A stretch of 64,000 nucleotides of DNA from Escherichia phage dw-ec, in sequence record OL739525.1. One strand, 5' to 3'. Below the pieces are notes generated by a model that searched no databases, was not told the origin of the DNA, and was given only the letters and a program-made list of their open reading frames with translations. The position numbers were made by a program, and so were the translations under genes. Shown one piece after another: positions 29,584 to 38,820 of this stretch (its first letter is position 1; each line of letters begins with the position of its first letter).

Positions 29584-32256
29584 ATGTTTCCAATTCCAAT
29601 ATTTACTATTATGACCAGCACTGGTGTCGTTCCTCTGCCAGCGGGTATTGTTAAAAAAGTAATCACTTTAGATTACCCAGATAATGCTGGTAATTCTAAC
29701 AGCAGTTTAGCAATTTTGCTTAATGATGGTAGATTGTTTACTCAAGGCGCAAACCTTTTTGGTGAGATTGCAGATGGAACTCGTAGTGCACGATTCAATA
29801 ATTTCCACTTAGCTTCTACTGTAGTAGCGGATGTGTTTACCGCAGATCGTTGTTTTGTTATTAAAACTAACAGCGGGGGATGGCAATATTCAGGATTGAC
29901 AGCAGGGTTGGTAGGATCTATAGCAGCAGGTGGTACGGATGCATGTGTAACTACTTGGACCAGCTTTCCATCTGTAATAACAGGGACTATCTCTTTAGCC
30001 AATCTTAAAGAGGTTAAAGGAGGGTATAACAATACTCTTTGGTTAATGAATAGCGGTGTTCTTTATGGATCGGGTCAAAACACAGTAGGCAGTTTAGGTG
30101 CAAGCACTACTAACGAAGTTTCTACTCCCCGTCAGATAACAAGTTCAGCAGTTGCTTTTGATGCAGGTTATAACCAATGCTCTTATGTCAACAATGCGGG
30201 AACCTTGCGTGTTTGTGGAGCTAGTAAAGGTTTAGCAGGTAATAATAACACAACAACCGCTTTTGTCAATGCCACGATATCCACTACTGAAACAGTGTAT
30301 GTCAAAGATTACATCAATACAGTTTCCCAGACAATAGTTGTAGGAGATACCTCCGGTGGCGCGGGTACAGTAAACTACTTATATGTTAGATCTAATACAG
30401 AAACAACCTACACTAAACTGGACACCTTTGCAGCAGGTTTCTCAACATGGAAATTTCCACCAAGCCGCCACTCTTTTTTCGTTGGGATCAATAATTCCTT
30501 GTGGGCTATTGGTAAGAACTACACTGCAAACTTAGGTTTGGGATATGATTCTGCGAGCGGAGATCCACTCCAAGTGGGAAAACCAGTTAAACCTGAAGGA
30601 GTGGGTTCCTGGGATATAAACAAGCTCACAAGCGTTCATACGTTGAATATGGATATTACTAACCAATTAGGTTATCAAGGAACCTTTTTCGTTTATAACG
30701 GGGATATGTATTATTCCGGTATTTGGAAAGATGGGAAAGCCTCGTATCTGTTCAATAGTGGTCTAAACTATAATAAATTCACACCAATAGCAAGCTCCGT
30801 GATTACGGGGGATGTTCTGGCAACTGGCTTAACTACAGATTCTTTAGGAATTTGTATTGTAGGTGGAACTAAACAGTTGACACATTCTGTTAGCCCAGAA
30901 GGAGGTAAACTTTTCAATATTAAATACACTTCTTCTGCCCCTGCAAACATGACAATATCATCTACTGGTTTAATGACTTTCCATGCAGAAGGTGGTTTTG
31001 ATGCAGGTATGACAGCCTTAAACGCTGAAGGAACAACTTTATCAGATACCTCTGGAGGATATGCTTCAACATTGAGTGTTTACACCCCTAGCTTATCTGC
31101 GATGGATGTAGGAACAACACAAACAATGGTAGCAGAAATAACGCCAACAGGAGCAGCAAGCTTACCTGGTATGGTTGTTGAGTATACAACTACAGATCCT
31201 AATGTTGCTACAGTAGATCCTACAACTGGTGTAATAACTGGTGTTGGTGATGGTGGTTGTAGAATTGGTTGCACAGCTACATATCAAGGTGTTGTTACCG
31301 CTTCTGATAGTTCTTATTTAACGGTGAACGCTGTTGCGGGAAAGGAGTTAGCTCCATCTCCGAGTAGTAGTTTAACGGTTCTAAACGGATATTTCAACCA
31401 CTCGGCAGATGGGGCAATTACGTTCCCAATTTTATCGGGTACTGTCACACCAGCTAACTTTGTAGTTAAGGTGGATGACGTTGTAATACCTTCAAATAAA
31501 GTAATATTTAGAAATAAAGCTTTCTCTACAGTGGATAGTTATCCAGCAGGAGAATATAGACTGGCTATTGAATTTGCAAGTGCTTCAGTAGTGAATAGTG
31601 TTGATGTGTCTATGGAAGCAAATCCAGATCTTTTAGAATTATGGGGCGGCAACAGAATTGGTTATTCTACAAGCCCAGCCTCACAATTCTTAAAAGGTTG
31701 TGCTAACTTAAGACGAATAACTTCTGATTGTTTTAGTAACACATCTTACACCGGAACATCTATAAGTGGTATCTTCTCTGGCTGTACAAGTTTGACAGCT
31801 ATCCCTGAAGGATTATTCAGTGATGCTTTATTTCCTTCAATGACAACAATGTCAAGCACGTTTGAAGGTTGTACATCTTTAACATCTATTCCTTCAGATT
31901 TATTTAAAAATCTATCAAAAGTTACAAGATATTCTTACACCTTTAAAGATTGCACCTCTCTTGCAGAAGTTCCAGCAGGAATGTTTGATAATATTCCAAC
32001 GAAAGTGACCTCTTTAACAGCTACATTCCAAGGTTGTTTAGCACTTACAGATTTTAATAAAATCTTTAATGACAACCCAGGGTTAACTGTTTGTGGTAAA
32101 CGTGGAGCATTATCTTCTTTCTTTAGTGGATGCACAAATCTTACAGGAACAGGAACAACATTAACAAATACATTAGGCGGAGTAGCTAATAGTTACCTAT
32201 TCAGGTATTGCACAAAACTTTCTGATTATAACAATATTCCTTCGGGTTATAAATAA
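29584..32256 (+). CDS. tail fibre/adhesin with Ig-like and BspA-type leucine-rich-repeat C-terminus
   Basis: 890 aa. Big_2-like segment (PNVATVDPTTGVITGVGDGGCRIGCTATYQGVVTAS). C-terminal repeats of the form F.GCTSLT.IP..LF (FSGCTSLTAIPEGLF, FEGCTSLTSIPSDLF, FKDCTSLAEVPAGMF, FQGCLALTDF, FSGCTNLTG). Confidence 0.55.
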   Translation: MFPIPIFTIMTSTGVVPLPAGIVKKVITLDYPDNAGNSNSSLAILLNDGRLFTQGANLFGEIADGTRSARFNNFHLASTVVADVFTADRCFVIKTNSGGWQYSGLTAGLVGSIAAGGTDACVTTWTSFPSVITGTISLANLKEVKGGYNNTLWLMNSGVLYGSGQNTVGSLGASTTNEVSTPRQITSSAVAFDAGYNQCSYVNNAGTLRVCGASKGLAGNNNTTTAFVNATISTTETVYVKDYINTVSQTIVVGDTSGGAGTVNYLYVRSNTETTYTKLDTFAAGFSTWKFPPSRHSFFVGINNSLWAIGKNYTANLGLGYDSASGDPLQVGKPVKPEGVGSWDINKLTSVHTLNMDITNQLGYQGTFFVYNGDMYYSGIWKDGKASYLFNSGLNYNKFTPIASSVITGDVLATGLTTDSLGICIVGGTKQLTHSVSPEGGKLFNIKYTSSAPANMTISSTGLMTFHAEGGFDAGMTALNAEGTTLSDTSGGYASTLSVYTPSLSAMDVGTTQTMVAEITPTGAASLPGMVVEYTTTDPNVATVDPTTGVITGVGDGGCRIGCTATYQGVVTASDSSYLTVNAVAGKELAPSPSSSLTVLNGYFNHSADGAITFPILSGTVTPANFVVKVDDVVIPSNKVIFRNKAFSTVDSYPAGEYRLAIEFASASVVNSVDVSMEANPDLLELWGGNRIGYSTSPASQFLKGCANLRRITSDCFSNTSYTGTSISGIFSGCTSLTAIPEGLFSDALFPSMTTMSSTFEGCTSLTSIPSDLFKNLSKVTRYSYTFKDCTSLAEVPAGMFDNIPTKVTSLTATFQGCLALTDFNKIFNDNPGLTVCGKRGALSSFFSGCTNLTGTGTTLTNTLGGVANSYLFRYCTKLSDYNNIPSGYK

Positions 32257-32257
32257 G

Positions 32258-32287
32258 AAAAGGAGCCATTTGGCTCCTTTCTTTTAT
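32258..32287. terminator. bidirectional hairpin terminator at the convergence point
   Basis: AAAGGAGCC-ATTT-GGCTCCTTT with A-run upstream and T-run downstream, so it reads as hairpin plus U-tract on both strands. Confidence 0.6.
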
Positions 32288-32322
32288 AAAGTTAACTCTT
32301 CCCATGTTCTTGTGCCGCTTCT

Positions 32323-32345
32323 GGGGGGCCCCCCCCCCCCCCCCC
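32323..32345. repeat. homopolymer tract G6C17
   Basis: GGGGGGCCCCCCCCCCCCCCCCC read directly, in the 3' region of ssb between the convergent gene blocks. Confidence 0.9.
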
Positions 32346-32360
32346 TATAGATCAATAAGA

Positions 32361-33248
32361 TCAGAATGGAATATCATCATCGAAGTCCATTGGAGGTTCT
32401 TCTTGATTACTTGGAGTTGGTTCTGGTTGTGGTTCAGGTTTTTTAACTTCTTTCTTCTCTTCTTTCTTAGGTTGTTCTGCGGAACCACGAATGGCAGCAG
32501 CAACTTTATCAGACAAAGCTAGAACTTTACGAGCAGAGTCAATCAAATCTTCTACAGATACAGTCTTAATGGTATGGTCTTTACAAGCATTGAGGATAGC
32601 GTGACCAACAGATGCCCCAAGATCATAATCATTAATGTCAACGCCACGAGATTCAGCAATTTCCGATTTCAGCGTGACAGTTGCAGATTGAACAACCCCA
32701 GCGATATCGAAAGCATCACCTTTAACACCATTACGAATCAGTTCCAGTGCACCATTTACTGCGTGACCAGTTTCCAGACCTACAGTATCACGTTTTTTAT
32801 AGGACTGCTTAGGAGCAGCATCGTTGGAACCTTTATTGCCAGAAGATTTGTTAGACTTCTGAACACCATCGGTAGACAATACTGTAATACGAGATTTTTT
32901 AGTATTGTAGTAAGTTTTACCGCCTTTATTATCAACGCGATCAATATCAATACTTACTTCTACACCTTTTTCAATAGTGATCCAATTATCACCTTCTTTG
33001 ACTTGCAGGTTTTCATAACCTTCTTTCAGTTCAATGTCACCAAGAGAAATCCAAACACCTTTCTCATCTGGTTTAGCACCTTTCTCTTTCAGAACAAGAG
33101 AAGCTCGGTGAGTTGAAACAATCGTTTTTCCTTCCCAATGAAAAGTTTTAGGTTCAGCGAATTTATCCAGTTTAACGTAGTCTACGATACCAGTTGCATA
33201 AGTTACGGTTTTGCCTTTACGATCAGTTTCAGTATTAATTACGGACAT
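32361..33248 (-). CDS. ssb: single-stranded DNA-binding protein
   Basis: 295 aa ending in the SSB-type acidic tail ...PPMDFDDDIPF, preceded by a Pro/Glu/Lys-rich linker. Confidence 0.8.
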   Translation of the reverse strand: MSVINTETDRKGKTVTYATGIVDYVKLDKFAEPKTFHWEGKTIVSTHRASLVLKEKGAKPDEKGVWISLGDIELKEGYENLQVKEGDNWITIEKGVEVSIDIDRVDNKGGKTYYNTKKSRITVLSTDGVQKSNKSSGNKGSNDAAPKQSYKKRDTVGLETGHAVNGALELIRNGVKGDAFDIAGVVQSATVTLKSEIAESRGVDINDYDLGASVGHAILNACKDHTIKTVSVEDLIDSARKVLALSDKVAAAIRGSAEQPKKEEKKEVKKPEPQPEPTPSNQEEPPMDFDDDIPF

Positions 33249-33264
33249 TATTATCTCCTCTACA

Positions 33265-33657
33265 TTACATTAATTTTGCACAGAAAGAGCGGAGTCTTTC
33301 CATATCATCTTGCTCTAACAGGTATTTACCTTTACCTATTCCAACTCCAATTTCACCATTAGGGAAATGAACTATTTGCACTGGAAAACCTCCGAGTTTA
33401 ATTGTGGCAGCTTTGCCTTCTTCGTCTATAACGTTTCGGATTGTATCTTGCAGTGAAATGAATTCTTTGTTTGTAACAGTGGTTTCAATTATTTCAGATG
33501 TTTCAACACGAGCAGTTAGCTTCTTGTTTCCACCTTGAATAACCAAAATTTGAAAATAAAAAGAGTTGTCAAGACCTACAACATTTTTCTCAACTAGTGT
33601 CAAACTGGTATAGTTTCCATAAACAGTTTCAACAGCTATCTTAGAACGTTCAGTCAT
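33265..33657 (-). CDS. hypothetical protein
   Basis: 130 aa ORF directly upstream of ssb. Confidence 0.45.
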   Translation of the reverse strand: MTERSKIAVETVYGNYTSLTLVEKNVVGLDNSFYFQILVIQGGNKKLTARVETSEIIETTVTNKEFISLQDTIRNVIDEEGKAATIKLGGFPVQIVHFPNGEIGVGIGKGKYLLEQDDMERLRSFCAKLM

Positions 33658-33702
33658 TGAATGCTATCCTATCATAAAATGTTTAATATTGTCAAGCTTT
33701 AA

Positions 33703-34296
33703 TTACCAAGGAATATCCTCTTCTTCCAATCTGGTATCTACTTGAGGTGGACGTGGAACCTTAACCTCTTTCACAAAACGAAGATATGGGAAACGTGTAG
33801 CAATTTTAATAACGTGTTTGGCATCTTCTCTAACGTCTTTGTGCAAGAAGCAGATCCCTGTTTCCAAGGTTGTTTCAAAATCTTTAGAATAATAACAATC
33901 CTTCCCATCAAATGCAGCCTGGCAGATGGACAGATCGAACTCATTTAGAAAGGTTGTCATTACGCTTGGTTCCATAATCATAAGGTTGCAAAGCTGACCA
34001 TCACGTTCAAACTCAAAAACGTGTTTAAGACCAGTAACACCTTCATAATTGTCAGAAGCCTCTTTGTTTCCTAGTTTACGAATATTGGTTCCCATTAAAG
34101 CAGATGCAATTAATCCTTGTATTTGTTCTTCAGTCCGATGTGCAGGAAGGGATGTATAGAAATCAAGATCACGTCCAGCAATATCAAGAATACGCCAATC
34201 ACGAACAGCACCGCCAGCCAAGACAGAATTAGGATCAGCGATCTTTAATACGGTAAGAATTTCTTTGGCAATATTGATTTGTTTTGATTTAGTCAT
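33703..34296 (-). CDS. nucleotidyltransferase-fold protein (CCA-adding-enzyme head-like)
   Basis: 197 aa. Motif VLAGGAVRDWRILDIAGRDLDF matches the pol-beta-type GGxVRD...DxD signature of class II tRNA nucleotidyltransferases. C-terminus ends EEEDIPW. Confidence 0.45.
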   Translation of the reverse strand: MTKSKQINIAKEILTVLKIADPNSVLAGGAVRDWRILDIAGRDLDFYTSLPAHRTEEQIQGLIASALMGTNIRKLGNKEASDNYEGVTGLKHVFEFERDGQLCNLMIMEPSVMTTFLNEFDLSICQAAFDGKDCYYSKDFETTLETGICFLHKDVREDAKHVIKIATRFPYLRFVKEVKVPRPPQVDTRLEEEDIPW

Positions 34297-34507
34297 TGAT
34301 ACGCTCCACAGTTACTTTTACAACATCATCCATATTAATCTCATCCCCCAAGACCTCAATAACACCTTCCTCATAAAGTCGAGCACATTCTTCCCACACT
34401 TCAGCTTCCGTCATTCCACCTGCAATCTTATTTGCAAGACCTTTAATAACATCTTCATTTTGTTCATCAACAAGAATTGAAACATTAAAGCTCACTAATT
34501 TACGCAT
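34289..34507 (-). CDS. hypothetical protein
   Basis: 72 aa acidic protein, RBS AAGGAGAA. Confidence 0.4.
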   Translation of the reverse strand: MRKLVSFNVSILVDEQNEDVIKGLANKIAGGMTEAEVWEECARLYEEGVIEVLGDEINMDDVVKVTVERIND

Positions 34508-34517
34508 TGTTTTCTCC

Positions 34518-34685
34518 TTATACTTCTAAACGGAAAGTTTCTTTAGATACAAAATCGTATCCACCTTTTTCAAGCCAGTCATTGTAAACCTCATCGGCTT
34601 GAGACTCTATCATAAAATACCGAGTGGTAATTTCGTCTCCGACAATACGCACAATTTTATAGCAAATCATGATACCATTTCCCAT
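34518..34685 (-). CDS. small hypothetical protein (55 aa, not in ORF track)
   Basis: ATG overlaps the upstream stop (TAATG); the ORF ends at a TAA embedded in the next gene's RBS. Fills an otherwise empty 170-nt gap. Confidence 0.35.
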   Translation of the reverse strand: MGNGIMICYKIVRIVGDEITTRYFMIESQADEVYNDWLEKGGYDFVSKETFRLEV

Positions 34686-34876
34686 TAATCTTCCTCCAGA
34701 TCAATTTCATTATAACAATGTATGCAGAAACCATCATTGTGCATATGTTGTTCATAAGACATATCTTTACCACAAGACCAACAACGGATATCCCCATCGT
34801 CCCATTCACGTTCTTCTTCACCTTCAAATTCATCTGGTAGGTAAGGCATACCAAAATAATCTAAATCGTAACTCAT
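34685..34876 (-). CDS. small zinc-ribbon-like protein
   Basis: Track ORF 34685-34981 overlaps the polymerase gene. The internal ATG at 34876 has RBS AGGAGAAG and gives a protein with CWSCG...CIHC. Confidence 0.45.
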   Translation of the reverse strand: MSYDLDYFGMPYLPDEFEGEEEREWDDGDIRCWSCGKDMSYEQHMHNDGFCIHCYNEIDLEED

Positions 34877-34889
34877 ATCTTCTCCTATA

Positions 34890-34907
34890 AAGGGGCAGAA
34901 GCCCCTT
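34890..34907 (-). other. hairpin between polymerase gene and small gene
   Basis: AAGGGGC-AGAA-GCCCCTT with no U-run; possible processing or stability element. Confidence 0.3.
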
Positions 34908-34925
34908 ATAAAACAATACGTTAGA

Positions 34926-37523
34926 TCAATGACAGGATGCCCAAGAATTCCCCACATCATATCCAGCAGTAAGCTGAACATTAAGATTGTAAAATTCTCC
35001 AGCCTTAGTAACAGCTAAAGCAGCAAGTTCACCTGCCCGACTATAAGCTGTAAACCATCCACCTTTGGGAGATTCATGAATGTTAGCCCAAATTTGCCCT
35101 GTCTCTTTTTCCTTATTATGCTTCCATTCTTCGACTTTAGCAAGGCATTCTTTATCAATTTTCTTTTGTTCTTCAGGATCGTCTACTTTCTTCCAACCTA
35201 ATGATTCAGGTGAAAACCATTTGAATTCTACAAGGTTACGAGAAACTTCAAGCTGGGCTTCATCGTGATATGCAATCATTTGTTGCACGAAGTCTTTATT
35301 CTTCCAGTCATCTTTAAAGAAGTCAACACTTAGCCCTTCTTCTTCGATCATGTCATCATAAATAACCATTGCACGTTTAGCACAGATAACCCCACCGCTT
35401 TGGAACAGAGAGTTAAGAATCGCGTGAGCAGAACGAGTAGGAACCTTACGACCGTCAATACCCAAAACATATTGTTTACCAGTCTTAACCCAGAAATCAT
35501 TTAAACGTTCTTTAAGACGCGCCAATGGGAATGCAGCTTCCCAGAAAGCATCGAACACCAATTGACCTGTAAACTTGTCGCTACCAATTGTTTTAGCAAC
35601 CTTGTCGGCTTGTGCACCATAGGTAATACCATACTTAACAGATTTAGCAGGACTACGTTCAAATTTACGTCCAATAGTTTCAGTGATACGTTTTGCCATC
35701 ATTGTGTGAACATCGTTAGGTTTCTCTAACAACAGAGCGTTACAATATTCGTGTGGCTCTGGCTCGTACCGCCAACAGTAGTGTGATTCAATTTTTGCTT
35801 CCAAAGAGTCGAAGTCGTAGCCAATCTGGAAGTACTTAGGAACCTCTACACCAAACAAGTTACGCATCTCCCATCCAAACAAAGATGTGACACGAGGAAT
35901 ATTAGCTACAGACCTATGCTTCATACGAGAGGTTGCAGCATCACATGTAGCTGCTGGGGTAGGAATACGACCATCCGCCCTTACTGCGGCTAAGAAACCT
36001 TTATCATATTCTTGATCTTCCTCATCTTCTTCCCAATCAGCACCACCGCCTAAAATAGAGTTCCTACGATGCTTATACGTTAAGTATTCTACAATCTGTG
36101 TAGCATAAGGGAATTTCTCACCTAAAGCTTGCAGGTTAGGACAGATTTCTTTTTCCTGACCTTTGGTAAAACATGGGTTAGTCAATACTTTAAGACCGCG
36201 ACCCTTACCTTTTGCTATACGCTCTTGAATCTTCCTCTCCAAGGTTTCCGGTGTGCACTCCAGATGATCACAACGATCCTGACAAAAATTAGAAGACAGA
36301 GTTTGCTCAACGTAAGCTCGAATACCTTTCTGAAGTTCTTCCTCGCTCTTTTTAATCTTGGTGCCAGATTTAAGAGTCAAGTCTTTATCTTTATATTCAG
36401 ACGGTACCCAACCTAATCCTACAAGCCAGTTTTTAATATGGGTAGTATCGTTCAATGTTGCAGGGATATTAGGATCACACAAAGGCTCATCTGCTGCAAC
36501 TGGCAGTTTCCATTCTTTCCCCAACATCACTAACCACCAATCTCCATCCCTCTCTTCCAAATGACCATCATGTTTCTTAGCAAAATTGATCATATGGTTA
36601 GTTGGCTCTAAGTTCTTTTTAATTTGCAACTTAGGTGGAATAAAAGCCTTAAGATAACCTTTTGTTGCTGGTTTAGGTGGCAAAATAGGCTCAACGAGTA
36701 AACGAAGACGCTCCATTTCTGCATCCAAAAAAGCAAGGTTCTCTTCTGCTTGTTTCATGTTAAAAGCAAACCCACGGTGTTCCTGGCGTGTAATAATGTC
36801 TGCTACACGTTGTTCAAGTTCAAATGGACCTTCCCATTTATCATAATCACCCCATTCTTCCATAAGGTAATTATATACGCTCGTATTGGCTTTGTTGTCA
36901 TAGATACAGTAATAAAGCATATCCGCAGCAAAAGTCTTAAATCGATCTTCTTCTGGAATCTCTTTACGGAAATCTATTTTTACATCACCCCCTGCCTTTC
37001 GAGAAAGTGCTGCCAAGCTATGTCCTGATTTGCCCTCAATCTTTCGATCTGGGTTTAACACTTTACTCAAAATCAAGGAGTCAATAAGTTTTACCTTATT
37101 TTTGCCCCACGTATTATATTTAACACTGTAATCTAAACCATAAAACAGTTTTGTAGCCAACCAGTCATAGTTGATACCGTTGTGAGCCACAGCTATTTCA
37201 ACCAGATATTCAGGCTTATCTTTAAAATAACCTTCATGATTAATAAAGTCTGGGAAATCTTTTAGTTGAAAATGTGTGTAATCTTGCGCCACATACTCTT
37301 TAAGAACATATGTGTATTTACCATCTGACTCTTCATAAGAACGCCCATCAAAGATGTATTTAGGGCCATCGTGGAAAGCTACTATTTCTCCTGTTTCATG
37401 GTTCTCTAAGACAATACAGTGCATTTGAAATGTGTCTTTGAGACGATAAGGACTAGCTAAATAATCGATAGTGTCATTATTCAACAATCCGTTTGCTTCA
37501 ATATCCCATGTAAACTTACTCAC
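34926..37523 (-). CDS. DNA polymerase, family A, with 3'-5' exonuclease domain
   Basis: 865 aa. N-terminal WDIEANGL (exonuclease motif) and KYGITYGAQ (motif B-like). Unsegmented. Confidence 0.85.
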   Translation of the reverse strand: MSKFTWDIEANGLLNNDTIDYLASPYRLKDTFQMHCIVLENHETGEIVAFHDGPKYIFDGRSYEESDGKYTYVLKEYVAQDYTHFQLKDFPDFINHEGYFKDKPEYLVEIAVAHNGINYDWLATKLFYGLDYSVKYNTWGKNKVKLIDSLILSKVLNPDRKIEGKSGHSLAALSRKAGGDVKIDFRKEIPEEDRFKTFAADMLYYCIYDNKANTSVYNYLMEEWGDYDKWEGPFELEQRVADIITRQEHRGFAFNMKQAEENLAFLDAEMERLRLLVEPILPPKPATKGYLKAFIPPKLQIKKNLEPTNHMINFAKKHDGHLEERDGDWWLVMLGKEWKLPVAADEPLCDPNIPATLNDTTHIKNWLVGLGWVPSEYKDKDLTLKSGTKIKKSEEELQKGIRAYVEQTLSSNFCQDRCDHLECTPETLERKIQERIAKGKGRGLKVLTNPCFTKGQEKEICPNLQALGEKFPYATQIVEYLTYKHRRNSILGGGADWEEDEEDQEYDKGFLAAVRADGRIPTPAATCDAATSRMKHRSVANIPRVTSLFGWEMRNLFGVEVPKYFQIGYDFDSLEAKIESHYCWRYEPEPHEYCNALLLEKPNDVHTMMAKRITETIGRKFERSPAKSVKYGITYGAQADKVAKTIGSDKFTGQLVFDAFWEAAFPLARLKERLNDFWVKTGKQYVLGIDGRKVPTRSAHAILNSLFQSGGVICAKRAMVIYDDMIEEEGLSVDFFKDDWKNKDFVQQMIAYHDEAQLEVSRNLVEFKWFSPESLGWKKVDDPEEQKKIDKECLAKVEEWKHNKEKETGQIWANIHESPKGGWFTAYSRAGELAALAVTKAGEFYNLNVQLTAGYDVGNSWASCH

Positions 37524-38317
37524 TATTCCTCCTTTCTAATGTTCTCCAGAACCCACTGAAGTTCTTTTAAACTTAAACTTCTTACTCCCGCAGTTTTACT
37601 AGCTTCAGCTTTAAGTAACGGGTAAGCCTCAATGATACGCGTTTTAAGATCAGAAGTCAAGGCTTTTAAAAAATAGGTAGATGCTTCAGATAAAGAATCT
37701 TCTTCTGATAACACTTTACCTGCACTTGCTCCCGCTCTCCTAACGGCTATATCGTAGTCTTTACTGTTACCTAATACGAATAGTCGATTCTCTCCTAAAA
37801 CAACGGGAGAACGCTTCTCGTTGCGTTTAATCCATATCTGGAATACACAAGGAACATCCCAAGGTTCTCCATGAAGAATAAAAGATCCTTTTGGACATTC
37901 TTCTTCGTAAAAAAGATGCATGTGGGGATTTAGTTTGTGTGCAAAAAAGATTTTTTGAAATGTGCGAGGCAAGATAAAACAAATACCACCTTCGTTATCC
38001 AACATTTCAGCACAATGGTTAAAGAACTTAATGGCAAGACTGGCATTTTTTCCAAACGGAGGATTACCGACAAAAGCAGTTACACTACCAACAGACTCAA
38101 CAGATTGAGCTAAAAAATCTGCCTCAATACAATCTTCAAACTTAGGGTCAATATCAAAAGAAGTTATGTTTTTAAAACAAGAAGAGAAAGCTCCTTCTCC
38201 CGCAGATGGTTCTACGTAGTTAGCTTCCTCTCCAAAAATTTCTTTGATCTTATCACATAAGAACCCCGCATAAGCGGGGTTAGTGTAATATTGATCAAGT
38301 ATGTTCAACTTGCTCAA
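37523..38317 (-). CDS. DNA N6-adenine methyltransferase (NPPF type)
   Basis: 264 aa, TTG start after RBS AAGGAGG. Motif I-like VEPSAGEGAF and motif IV NPPFG. Confidence 0.65.
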   Translation of the reverse strand: MSKLNILDQYYTNPAYAGFLCDKIKEIFGEEANYVEPSAGEGAFSSCFKNITSFDIDPKFEDCIEADFLAQSVESVGSVTAFVGNPPFGKNASLAIKFFNHCAEMLDNEGGICFILPRTFQKIFFAHKLNPHMHLFYEEECPKGSFILHGEPWDVPCVFQIWIKRNEKRSPVVLGENRLFVLGNSKDYDIAVRRAGASAGKVLSEEDSLSEASTYFLKALTSDLKTRIIEAYPLLKAEASKTAGVRSLSLKELQWVLENIRKEE

Positions 38318-38326
38318 TAGTCCTCC

Positions 38327-38758
38327 TTAGTTGTTAGCGAACTCAATAGTGAGGTCAACTTTACCATCATCAGAAATAACCATGTTTTTAGTATTTTTAA
38401 AGATGATGTCTACTTTACCTTCACTTACACGACAGAATGCAACACCATCTGCAACTTTATCGATATAATATTTGTAAGAAAGAATACCCACTTTACTACG
38501 ACCAGCACCTTTTGTGAAAGAAGGGCTTACATCGAAACGGAAACCTTTAGAAGAAACAACACGGTAAGAACGTCCAGTTGGGATATGTTCAATAACAGAA
38601 ACATTGTTCTCAACAACTTTTACAGCAAACTCTTCAGGATGATCCTCAACAATCATATGTGGGATGGCAAATGCCAACGCTTGTTTGTGTTTAATAACAC
38701 CAGCACCTAGAGCACCAGCAGCTTTAACTTTTGCATTCAGATCGATTGTCATACGCAT
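38327..38758 (-). CDS. hypothetical protein
   Basis: 143 aa, RBS GAGGAG; first gene after the predicted promoter at 38792-38820. Confidence 0.45.
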   Translation of the reverse strand: MRMTIDLNAKVKAAGALGAGVIKHKQALAFAIPHMIVEDHPEEFAVKVVENNVSVIEHIPTGRSYRVVSSKGFRFDVSPSFTKGAGRSKVGILSYKYYIDKVADGVAFCRVSEGKVDIIFKNTKNMVISDDGKVDLTIEFANN

Positions 38759-38791
38759 TTTTACTTCTCCTCTTGTTTGGTTGATGAGACA

Positions 38792-38820
38792 AGTATAAGT
38801 CCCTTCCGCAAAGTTGTCAA
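38792..38820 (-). promoter_or_regulatory. sigma70-like promoter (TTGACA-N17-TATACT)
   Basis: On the minus strand, -35 TTGACA at 38820-38815 and -10 TATACT at 38797-38792. Confidence 0.55.

Noticed and set aside
32304-32522. 72-aa plus-strand ORF reading through the poly-C tract (encodes a poly-Pro run)
   Set aside because: It spans the homopolymer and lies antisense to the end of ssb, with no RBS. An artefact of the open frame across C17.
32574-33116. 180-aa plus-strand ORF antisense to ssb
   Set aside because: Overlaps the well-supported ssb gene on the opposite strand; low-complexity Phe/Ile-rich product.
33690-33702. TTGACA box upstream of gene 33265-33657 (minus strand)
   Set aside because: No convincing -10 hexamer at the correct spacing (only TAGGAT at 18 nt), and it overlaps the gene's RBS region.
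34877-34981. N-terminal extension of the zinc-ribbon ORF (track start 34981)
   Set aside because: It would overlap the 3' end of the DNA polymerase gene by 56 nt and read through a hairpin. The internal ATG at 34876 has a proper RBS.
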